From positions 2,272,001-2,336,000 of the forward strand of contig OY759599.1 in assembly GCA_963662465.1 (NCBI GenBank): DNA of 64,000 bases. Reading direction: 5' to 3'. Origin of the DNA: Desulfatiglandales bacterium. GTDB lineage: Bacteria; Desulfobacterota; DSM-4660; Desulfatiglandales; Desulfatiglandaceae. Numbering within the stretch: the first letter of the stretch is position 1; every line of letters starts with the position of its first letter. The translations under genes and the position numbers were made by a program. The notes beneath the pieces are model-generated. The model was not told where the DNA came from and made no database searches. It worked only from the letters and a program-made list of their open reading frames with translations. Below, piece by piece: positions 11,701 through 19,117 of this stretch.

Positions 11701-12313
11701 CTGCGTCTTTCTGTTCCCGGCGGGAATGGAGAAAACAGTCCGGGAAAAATTCCCCCATTTCAAGGGCCGCATTCTATTCCGCCATATGGACCGCTCCCCG
11801 GGGAAGGTTACAGCCATTATAGGGGATATCCTGAAAAAATCGGCAACAACGTCCCATAAGCCGATTTCCGTCTCCGTCATCGCCCCGTTCTTCTTCTTGC
11901 GGAAGGAAGGGATTACGCCCCAGGCTCTCTTTCCGGATGGAACACAGGGAAACCTGACGCTTTTTGCCAACAACTACACCGTTCAGGACATCAAAATCAA
12001 GAGGTGCAAAGCGGCCCTGAATCGCGTCTTCAGCCACCTTTCCAAAGAGCCCCCCGCACAATTGGAAGCCTGCCCTTTTCTGACAATGCACCACGGCATC
12101 CATGTGGTGGATATTTCGTTCATTCCCGAAAAATATCGACTCGATGTGAAGCGTGCGGAAGATATCCTTAACCGATGCCTGCGGGAGTGGCTCAACACGG
12201 TTGGGACAGGGATTAAACCCTCACGCAATCAACCCATGAACCATCAGTTTTCGGACAATGGGCGGAACCATGAGGGCGCCCAGAACCCCGAAGACGACGC
12301 CGCAGGCAGATGA
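8780..12313 (+). CDS. Atypical Lon-family (S16) ATP-dependent protease with long non-canonical N- and C-terminal regions
   Basis: AAA+ core (THYGL, GPPGVGKTS, LGGM, ILDEADK, LLEILDPEQN..F.D, GVRELER) and protease dyad region (KDGPSAG, MTGEI...G....VGGL..K). Confidence 0.88.
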   Translation: MFPMKFDHKTLETLPVPDAGRIADVVKLLKAIAMGRVMAYFKSKRGTDPALTAGLADHFVIRRLEDEENRIPIVSLLSRKEKTWMIDIHERIFDYLAFVIPSDPESRIGGHSGEEGKILAFIEFLLRHQVEHMLYPEESESAVIHSDLVFAMDRRREDPTYYAMLRKVLDDEMNGLEGKLYQNMFESEEQGRPHKYLITRMLTSFIDSLVDIPESLLHAAFPFLDTDLKTRLMIEYYRRSREVSYSLMQRAFYLREVLRFFALAIARNEKEAEKVFDMFKDRWGLLYLFHELDLPETILEEKEPNEIFSYFRKSLEELSLDDTSFRLTPRPPKKTAPDSSEPPAATKSLKDRIEEARNDPSFPRQALDVIDKNKISAVGHSGPKYTELIEVLLAVPWGRVQKISVDPEAFEEGLNRTHYGLARPKELVCDFFANLIWRYQNFNGIEDVKHRSGSAFLFVGPPGVGKTSLAISIAENLGVPYHKISLGGMREESALRGHGFTFEGSKPGAIVQGLIKMGIMNGMFILDEADKTEPATVSTLLEILDPEQNHLFHDKFTMTTVDIDLSNCHFILTANTLETVPPPVLNRCEVVLLDRYSIEEKIAIGSQYLIGRVRKRHKITKETIAINPDHEVDLLRYLIKTYTHEPGVRELERIIRTLFLRIFRKEILSKGQSSVQITREKIKQYLETPTPPRGISEEDRVGEILALGVNVALGIGSVIPIQATPIWLERSNEGRHGAYLSMVHATGNIEKIMDESRKVATTAIFHCADALGIDLKQAGTPIHLHFMGSSTRKDGPSAGGAIALALASALSGRYIRRDVAMTGEIDTKGRITAVGGLDVKMETACDAGCKTMIIPMETLHDEKGIKRLPQALKKELQILTYESWKGVHEPFDYRRHVLQVVAVDHLVQAADVAFVDRNELTTLTSALTPHAASIAETLEATQREQRQGLRVLYLKDPKELQMEGMEGPLTGDDSCVFLFPAGMEKTVREKFPHFKGRILFRHMDRSPGKVTAIIGDILKKSATTSHKPISVSVIAPFFFLRKEGITPQALFPDGTQGNLTLFANNYTVQDIKIKRCKAALNRVFSHLSKEPPAQLEACPFLTMHHGIHVVDISFIPEKYRLDVKRAEDILNRCLREWLNTVGTGIKPSRNQPMNHQFSDNGRNHEGAQNPEDDAAGR

Positions 12314-12741
12314 AATTAAAGCGTGCTGCAAGATGAGGTCCCAATCCATTCCGATGACCCATTCCACTGCAATAATGGTCAGAAAACGGCTTGCGGCGCC
12401 CAGAGCGCCGACGATGGCGCAAGCCACGTAACTACCTGCCAATCCCGAAGAAAAAAGGCCCACCAGGTCAACAATGAGGCCGGGGACCACAAACTTCAAA
12501 ATAATCAACGGACCGCCCTTGCCCATCCCCAACAAGGTGCAGAGAAGCCCCGCCAGGAGTCCCACCAGTGTAGCGGCGCCCAGCCTGGGAACGCAACCCC
12601 TTCCCAGGATCAGGAAAAACATGGTAAAAAACATGGCATGCCCGGGAATATTTAAGTGCAATCTAAATACGCCCCGTGTAATGACAATAAAGCAGGCACA
12701 GAATGCCAGACAAAGCGCTTCCTGAAGGGTGAATTTTTTCA
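12221..12741 (-). CDS. ECF transporter S (substrate-specific) component, substrate unknown
   Basis: Hydrophobic ~173-aa protein (MKKFTLQE...LHLNIPGH...) directly downstream of EcfT and EcfA genes; start at 12741 is inferred. Confidence 0.72.
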
Positions 12742-13413
12742 TGGACGCGGTCGCTCCCCAAACCCCCTGGCCTCGGCGGATAACGCCGCTGACCTTGAGG
12801 TTTTTAACGCCCTCACCATGAGAGGGATCATCAAGCACTGAAACAGGTCTTTCCAGTGAATGGGATTCCAGGCATAGCGAATTCCCACGGGCGCCCCACG
12901 AAGTTGTTGGGCCATATAGATCTCCCGGGTTTCACGGGCAAAGAAGGGAACAAACCGCAAACTGGTAAAGAGAAGAAACGACAATCGTTCCGACATGACC
13001 TTTTTCAGACTTCCCATCATCCGACTCCCTTCGGTCGTTCGAAGGAGGACCGTTCCCGGCAAAAAAAGAAGCAGAATCTGGCAACCGGTCCGCAATCCCG
13101 GCCAGAGACCTTCCGCAAACCCGTATTTAATCAGATACAGCAGCAGGATGACCGCCATCTGGACCAGGAAGAAGCGAATATCCCGCCACAGATTACGAAA
13201 GCCCAGGTGGGCTGAAAGATAATAGGCCAGGTTGACAACCAGAAGTCCCGCCAGCATCCAGGGCTCCCGGGCGGCAATAGCGCCGGCTGAAAAAGCAACG
13301 GCCAGAATAATTTTCCACCCCGCGCCCAGCCTGTGGATGGGGGAGTTCCCGGCACAATACTGAAAGGCGCCTCCCCTGAAACCGCCATTTTCAATTCGTT
13401 CCCATTTCTTCAA
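12739..13413 (-). CDS. ECF transporter T component (EcfT/CbiQ family)
   Basis: SPIHRL...WK start, LRFVP, and the two conserved Arg motifs AQQLRG and SAEARGF. Confidence 0.9.
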   Translation of the reverse strand: MKKWERIENGGFRGGAFQYCAGNSPIHRLGAGWKIILAVAFSAGAIAAREPWMLAGLLVVNLAYYLSAHLGFRNLWRDIRFFLVQMAVILLLYLIKYGFAEGLWPGLRTGCQILLLFLPGTVLLRTTEGSRMMGSLKKVMSERLSFLLFTSLRFVPFFARETREIYMAQQLRGAPVGIRYAWNPIHWKDLFQCLMIPLMVRALKTSRSAALSAEARGFGERPRP

Positions 13414-14773
13414 TGCGCCCCTCCTTTAGAAAAAGCGTTTCATCGGCCCATGCGCCATCGGGCAGGAATTCGTGAGACGCGATTACCACCGTTGTCCCCC
13501 GCGATTTACGCAAACGGGACAGGATCTTTAAAATGTTTTTTCTCCGGGCAAAATCAAGCCCCGCAAAAGGTTCATCCAGCATGAGGATTTGAGGTTGCGG
13601 CGCCATCACCGATGCCAGGGCCACCCGGTGCTGCTCCCCGAAACTGAGGGTCAGCGGTGATCGGTCTTTCAAATGGGCCACATGGCAGATTTCAAGGGCT
13701 TGGGCGACACGGGTCTTGATCTCCCGGGCTGAAACCCCCATCCGCTTAAGGGAAAACCCCACTTCATCCCGAACCGTGTCTTCAAAAAGCTGCCGTTCAG
13801 GGTTCTGGAAAAGATACCCTATTTTCCCCAGGAGCCTATCCATTCTGGGACGTCCCATTCCGTCCATTTGAATGTCGCCGGCCTCGGGCCGAATGAGCCC
13901 TGTCATGCATTTCAACAGCGTGGATTTCCCCACACCATTTTGACCATGAATGAACACCAGGCGGCCCGCAAACAAACTCAGGTTGAGGTCGTCAAACAAC
14001 AATCGCCCGTTACCACCCGAGAGACAAAGCCCCTTCACGGAGAGCAGACGCTTCACGGGTTCCCTTGCCTCGGCCGCCATCCCCCCGTGACGCTTCGGGG
14101 GAGAAAGAATAAATTCAGACGGAATTTCACGATCAATGCGCTGAATACGTCCCCGGTCCATGAAAACAAAACGATCCGCCGGCTGTTCGAAAGGGCCCAG
14201 TTCATGATCGGCAATCAGCAGGGTATGCCCCGCCGCTTTCAGACGGGTTAAAAGAGCCGTCAACCGACGCTTTCCGTCGGCATCCAGTTGGGCCGTGGGT
14301 TCATCCAGGAGCAAAATTTTCGGGGAGGTGGAGAGTACCGATGCAATGGCCAGGCGATGGGTCTGCCCGGCGGAGAGGGCTTCCACATTTCGCGTTTCAA
14401 AACCGGTCAAGGAAACCGCTTCCAGGCTTTTTCCGACTGCCGTCTCAATTTCCCGAGGACTGAACCCCCGGTTTTGGGGCCCAAAGGCCACTTCATCCGC
14501 CACCGTGGTGCAGAGGAGATGGCTTTCCGCATTTTGAAACACCAGCCCGGTGGGACAGGGTGCCCCCCCCGCAACTCGAAGGGTCCCTTTCTCTATTCCA
14601 CCTTTCAAAAGCCCCTTGAGCGCCAGAAAAAGCGTACTCTTTCCACAGCCTGATGGCCCCGTAAAACAGATACATTCGCCGGACGGTACGGACAAAGACA
14701 GATGGGATAAGGCCCAGGCCTCTCGACCTGGATACCGGTAAGCATAATCCCTTAGCTCAACAACGGGGTTCAT
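13391..14773 (-). CDS. ECF transporter fused double ATPase (EcfA-A')
   Basis: Two ABC domains: GPSGCGKST/LSAGQ/LLLDEPT and GQNGVGKST/LSFGE/LMLDEPF; FQNPE.Q.F..TV.DEV.F ECF signature. Confidence 0.92.
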   Translation of the reverse strand: MNPVVELRDYAYRYPGREAWALSHLSLSVPSGECICFTGPSGCGKSTLFLALKGLLKGGIEKGTLRVAGGAPCPTGLVFQNAESHLLCTTVADEVAFGPQNRGFSPREIETAVGKSLEAVSLTGFETRNVEALSAGQTHRLAIASVLSTSPKILLLDEPTAQLDADGKRRLTALLTRLKAAGHTLLIADHELGPFEQPADRFVFMDRGRIQRIDREIPSEFILSPPKRHGGMAAEAREPVKRLLSVKGLCLSGGNGRLLFDDLNLSLFAGRLVFIHGQNGVGKSTLLKCMTGLIRPEAGDIQMDGMGRPRMDRLLGKIGYLFQNPERQLFEDTVRDEVGFSLKRMGVSAREIKTRVAQALEICHVAHLKDRSPLTLSFGEQHRVALASVMAPQPQILMLDEPFAGLDFARRKNILKILSRLRKSRGTTVVIASHEFLPDGAWADETLFLKEGRIEEMGTN

Positions 14774-14810
14774 AGGGGGCGAACGTCGGTCTCAACAAAA
14801 GATTCAGGCA

Positions 14811-15530
14811 TTATCCTTTTTTCCGCTTTCCGCACAGGGATTCCCAAAGGCCTTCACCCTTTTTATGCACGGCGAAAACGGCCCGGTTGCCCCAGAGCCT
14901 GGGCCGCAACCAGTTCAGTGTATGAACCCGATCGTCGGGAGCCGGGGCCATCCCGTCCCGATCCAGGGAAACCACCGTAATATGGGCCTGTTCCAATTGG
15001 GACACCGCCACATCCTCGGAAAAATCCCGAAGCCCGCCAAATTCGATAAACCTGCCGTTCCACCCGGAGGCGGTCAATCCCACGGCGGCGGCTGCCCCGA
15101 TGATGCCGTCGTTGGTTCCCCCATGCCCGGAAAGGTGAAATCCAGACGCCGCAACAAGGGCATCTTTCTGTGTAACCACTTTCCGGGTGCAAAGAAGACC
15201 GAAATCAAGCAGAACCGACAAATCGGTTTCCCCGTTTGGCGCCACGCATACGCCCGGATCGCTTCCCACAAGGGAATGCCGTTCCACGTGCGCCACGGCC
15301 CTTTCAATCAATTCCCCCAGCATAGCCTGATCCGGCATGTCCACCACCATGCAGGCGGAGCTGTTATGGGACGTGTAGGGGATATCGTCATGCAACAACA
15401 GTTGCTGACGCACAACACCCCACATGCAGCAGCCTTCCGGCAGCTCTTTTTCAAACCACCGGACCAATTTTCCGGTACCGCGGCCGGCATTTATATTGTC
15501 GGTATCGTCAAAACCGATATAGACGCGCAT
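14811..15530 (-). CDS. DDTD-motif protein related to the N-terminal catalytic region of TiaS / methanogenesis marker 11; function unknown
   Basis: MRVYIGFDDTD...GTGK, RQQL....IPYTSHNSSAC, SDPGVC and GGTNDGIIGA.AA.GL resemble TiaS IGIDDTD / IP.KT.GN / GRG.IGALAA. No OB-fold or Zn-ribbon C-terminus. Confidence 0.65.
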   Translation of the reverse strand: MRVYIGFDDTDNINAGRGTGKLVRWFEKELPEGCCMWGVVRQQLLLHDDIPYTSHNSSACMVVDMPDQAMLGELIERAVAHVERHSLVGSDPGVCVAPNGETDLSVLLDFGLLCTRKVVTQKDALVAASGFHLSGHGGTNDGIIGAAAAVGLTASGWNGRFIEFGGLRDFSEDVAVSQLEQAHITVVSLDRDGMAPAPDDRVHTLNWLRPRLWGNRAVFAVHKKGEGLWESLCGKRKKG

Positions 15531-15543
15531 GGGTTGACTCCAG

Positions 15544-15566
15544 GTTTTAAGTTTTAAGTTTTAAGT
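15544..15566. repeat. Heptamer tandem repeat (GTTTTAA)x3
   Basis: gttttaa gttttaa gttttaa gt read directly. Confidence 0.8.
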
Positions 15567-15630
15567 CTTGCTACCAATGATTTTCTTGTTTTTTGAAACA
15601 GCGTTTCAGGGAATAGACACTAACCGCTTT

Positions 15631-17652
15631 CTAAAAATAAACCGCCACGCCCCCGTAAATGATCCGCCCGGCGGTCGGGAACCCGTAACTTTCTTCATAA
15701 TTTTTGTCAAAGAGGTTGTCGGCCCCCACATAAAGATCCAGGAGACCGTTAAGCAACGTCTGGTCGAATTTCAGATTGACAATGGCGAAATTGTTCAACT
15801 CCGCTTTCTCATAGGGTTCGGACCGAGAGTAGTAGACCTGGTCCGCATTATAAATGACATTCGCATAGGCGGAAAAACCGAAGTAGAAGGTATACTTTCC
15901 TTCCAGCGTCAACTTGTGCCGGGGCCGGTATTGCAGCTCGTCCCTTCCACTGTTGGGGGACTTGTCTTCCGTATCCATGAAGGTATATCCCAGACGCAGC
16001 ATGAGTCGCTCAATAAACCGGGTTTCGGCAGTGACCTCAAACCCCTGAAACCGATACTTGTCGTAGTTCTGAAAATAGTCCTCGTTATTTGGTTTTTCAA
16101 TGTAGTCATCCACATCGGACAGAAATCCGTTAAGGGCAACACGGCTGTTGAGGGGCAGGGCCTGCTCCACACCCAGTTCATAGTTATAGGAGGTTTCCGG
16201 AACCAGATCCGGATTTCCTTCTCCAACGGAGTAGAGTTGACGAAGGGACGCAAAGCGGATTTTCTTTGCATATGCCCCTCGCACCCGAGTGCCCTTCACA
16301 ATATCGTAATAGGCGCCCGCCATATAACTCCCTTTGTTTTCGTTGGCGCCCGATTCTTCCTTGTTCTGCCAGTAGTGACCATATCCCAACACCAGCCCCA
16401 GACGATCAAAAAGGGTGATTTCATACTCCAGGGAAGCGCTGTAAACCCAGAGACTCCAGGCGTTATCGAAATTCCTGAACTCGTAATCCTTTCCGACTTT
16501 CTCATCCCGAATCTTGCCTTTGGAATCATATTCCTGCTTCTGTGCATCGAGGGCCAAAGTAAAGGATCCCGCGGATGTCAAATCGAGCGCCGTCTGGATG
16601 GTTCCCCCCCAGTTCTTGGATGTGCCGTCCTCAAAGTAGGTGCCCTTTGTCAGCATGGAATTATAGTTGTCATCATCGTACCGGGTCCGGTCCTCATCAT
16701 ACTCGTTGTAATAGGCCCAGCCCCGAATGTCCACAGGCCCCGGCAAATCATAGCTGGTTGAAAACTGGGCGTTAAACCCTTCGAAATGATTGACCCGTTC
16801 ATATTTCGGATTATTGGCAAAATCGTCGGGATCGGTCTTGGTGCCTTGCTTGGTACTGGGGGGAATGCCGTAATTGCCGTTTACAAAACTGGCCACGAGT
16901 CCCAGGTCCCAGTCTTTGGTGGGGGAATATCCAATGTTGCCGAAGACGTTGTTTCTTCGATTGTCGCTGTTTTCCCGTTCTCCGCCTCCCTGCAGGGACG
17001 TGGCTTGAAAGTCGTTGGCCAGAGGATAGTCCTTCCGGGCCGACATACTACCACTCACAAAGAAGTCCGCTCCTTTGGCGGCGCCGCCCGCGTTGAATCG
17101 TCCCAGACGTTCCGACCCTTCCCCGGTCTCTCCGGAAGCCATGCCGTGAATGCCCTCTTTGCCCTTCTTGGTGATGATATTGATGACCCCGCCCATCCCC
17201 CCCTGGCCGTAGAGGACCGAATTGGCGCCGTAACTCACCTTTATTTTGGCAATGTTTTCCGTGGGAATAATGGAAGGATCAAATTGACCGTCGTAGGTTG
17301 AATTGAGCGGCACACCATCGAGCAAAAGCAACACATGACGAGATCTGAAACCGCGGATATCCACACGGGGAGTGCCTTCCGCGCCGGTCCGAATCTCCAC
17401 GCCCGGCAGCAGTTGAAGAGCCTGATCCAGGGTCCTGGCATCCTTGTTTTGAATCTCCTCAGCCGTCACCTCGCGAACAGTGCCGGCGGTTTCCACCACG
17501 TCCTGCCTGGCGGAGACCACAACCTCTCCCAGCGTATAAACGCCTGCATTCTTTTCGTCTGTTTCCGCCACACCCAAGGCCGGGAACAGCCATAAGGCCG
17601 TACCAGCAACCAAAGATAACCTCATCCAACACCACGTCGTTCTCTTTTTCAT
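15631..17652 (-). CDS. TonB-dependent outer-membrane receptor (BtuB/CirA-like)
   Basis: Signal peptide, TonB box LGEVVVSA, plug motifs IRGF/LLLLDGVP/LYG.GGMGGVINIITK, NPDL.PE, NLFDK.Y and C-terminal Phe. Confidence 0.95.
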   Translation of the reverse strand: MKKRTTWCWMRLSLVAGTALWLFPALGVAETDEKNAGVYTLGEVVVSARQDVVETAGTVREVTAEEIQNKDARTLDQALQLLPGVEIRTGAEGTPRVDIRGFRSRHVLLLLDGVPLNSTYDGQFDPSIIPTENIAKIKVSYGANSVLYGQGGMGGVINIITKKGKEGIHGMASGETGEGSERLGRFNAGGAAKGADFFVSGSMSARKDYPLANDFQATSLQGGGERENSDNRRNNVFGNIGYSPTKDWDLGLVASFVNGNYGIPPSTKQGTKTDPDDFANNPKYERVNHFEGFNAQFSTSYDLPGPVDIRGWAYYNEYDEDRTRYDDDNYNSMLTKGTYFEDGTSKNWGGTIQTALDLTSAGSFTLALDAQKQEYDSKGKIRDEKVGKDYEFRNFDNAWSLWVYSASLEYEITLFDRLGLVLGYGHYWQNKEESGANENKGSYMAGAYYDIVKGTRVRGAYAKKIRFASLRQLYSVGEGNPDLVPETSYNYELGVEQALPLNSRVALNGFLSDVDDYIEKPNNEDYFQNYDKYRFQGFEVTAETRFIERLMLRLGYTFMDTEDKSPNSGRDELQYRPRHKLTLEGKYTFYFGFSAYANVIYNADQVYYSRSEPYEKAELNNFAIVNLKFDQTLLNGLLDLYVGADNLFDKNYEESYGFPTAGRIIYGGVAVYF

Positions 17653-17959
17653 TGCACTGCTACCTTTCCGCTATCGTTATGATTAAAATTACACCCCCGC
17701 TCCTTCAGGAGCCTACCCAATGGAGGCCCGATAATATGCTTTTGAGTTTGATTTTGTCAACTGAATAGGGGGTCGGAGTTGACTTATAGAATATACAAAC
17801 CAATATAGGCGTATAGGGGTCTTAACCGAGTTTGATCAACTGTCGAATTAAGAACCATTTTAGGCTCTCAAAACGACTATTGAGCAACGCAGCATAAAAA
17901 TAATCTTTTCTATTGAATCGCTAACGTGTAGGATATTCCCACTGGTCATTGCATTTTTT

Positions 17960-17987
17960 GAAACCTTTCACCCCTGAACGGCTCTAA
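17960..17987 (+). promoter_or_regulatory. Putative ECF-sigma autoregulatory promoter (GAAACC-N16-CTCTAA)
   Basis: An AAC-containing -35 and a TCTA -10 with 16-nt spacer end about 10 nt before the sigma gene start. Confidence 0.45.
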
Positions 17988-17997
17988 ATGAGGTAAC

Positions 17998-18606
17998 GTG
18001 ACAGACATCGCGACCGACATGACGGATCACCATCTGATCGTCCAATTCAAGGAAGGGTCCATGGAAGCCATGGAAGCCATCGTGGATCGGTATGAAAATC
18101 AAATCTTCACCTTCGGTCTCAAGATGTGCGGTCAACTCCAGGATGCCGAGGATATTACACAGGACACTTTTCTGAATGCCTTCAAGTATTTAAACAGTTT
18201 CAGAGAAGAGACCAAATTGAAAAACTGGTTGTTCAAAATTGCCGCCACGGCATGCATCCGAAAACGGCGTAAGAAAAAATGCGAGCCGGATCGGGAACTA
18301 TCCCTGGAATCCTTTACAAACGAGAACGGCGCACCCGAAACATATGATATCCCCGATTGGTCCGATAACCCGTCAGATAAAGTGTTGCAGGCGGAAATGA
18401 AACAGGTCATCAATGATGCCATCAAGACGCTCCCGCACAAATACAAACTGGTATTCAACCTCCGGGACATTCAAGGGTTCAGCACCAAAGAAACCGCCGA
18501 AATCCTTGAAATCAGTATTGAATCGGTAAAAACCCGGCTCCATCGAGCGAGACTGGCCCTGAGGGAAAAAATATCCCACTCATACAGCGAAGGAAAAATC
18601 TCATGA
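17998..18606 (+). CDS. ECF RNA polymerase sigma factor
   Basis: DAEDITQDTF, WLFKIA (region 2) and LP..Y..VF.LRD.QG.S..E.A.IL.IS..SVKTRLHRAR (region 4). Confidence 0.93.
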   Translation: MTDIATDMTDHHLIVQFKEGSMEAMEAIVDRYENQIFTFGLKMCGQLQDAEDITQDTFLNAFKYLNSFREETKLKNWLFKIAATACIRKRRKKKCEPDRELSLESFTNENGAPETYDIPDWSDNPSDKVLQAEMKQVINDAIKTLPHKYKLVFNLRDIQGFSTKETAEILEISIESVKTRLHRARLALREKISHSYSEGKIS

Positions 18607-18863
18607 AGGAGGCGTGCAAAAAAAACTTCGAAAGAATTTCCGAATACCTGGATGGAGAACTCAAACCAAACGTCTGCCAACAGATCGAAAACCATCTCAA
18701 AACATGCCCGGAATGCAGGTCATGCGTTGATGCGCTGAAAAAAACCGTCGACCTCTGTAAAAAAAGCACTCGGGAAGAGATACCCCAGGATATGCGAAAT
18801 CGCCTCAGAAACAAACTGAGAGAGTGTTTCGGGAAGGAAGAACCGAACCCCCGCGCAGAATAA
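18603..18863 (+). CDS. Soluble zinc-binding anti-sigma factor (zf-HC2/ZAS)
   Basis: C...ISEYLDGEL...H.K.C..C motif; ATGA overlap with the sigma gene; no transmembrane segment. Confidence 0.9.
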   Translation: MKEACKKNFERISEYLDGELKPNVCQQIENHLKTCPECRSCVDALKKTVDLCKKSTREEIPQDMRNRLRNKLRECFGKEEPNPRAE

Positions 18864-19117
18864 ACCACCGCATGGACTCATTTTCCCCTTTCCCATGAAT
18901 CCAAAACCAATCCGTTGCGCAATTTCATCCCAGCCAAGATTGTTGACCGTAAACGCAAGGCAGGGTTTGCATGCGACCGCTCACCACCTCTGTTCCGTCA
19001 ATGTTTTCTTTTCGCTTTGAGCTTTTTCAAATACGCTTCTATCTCTTCAGGGATGTTACGGTTCTTTGGCTCATCGCGGATTAACGTGAAAATCGCTACT
19101 GACTTCGCTTTCGCACT

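Noticed and set aside
15568..16761. 397-aa plus-strand ORF
   Set aside because: Antisense shadow of the TonB-dependent receptor; no motifs.
17653..17960. Cobalamin or other riboswitch upstream of the TonB receptor
   Set aside because: No B12-box or other recognisable aptamer motif found by eye; an Infernal/Rfam scan would be decisive.
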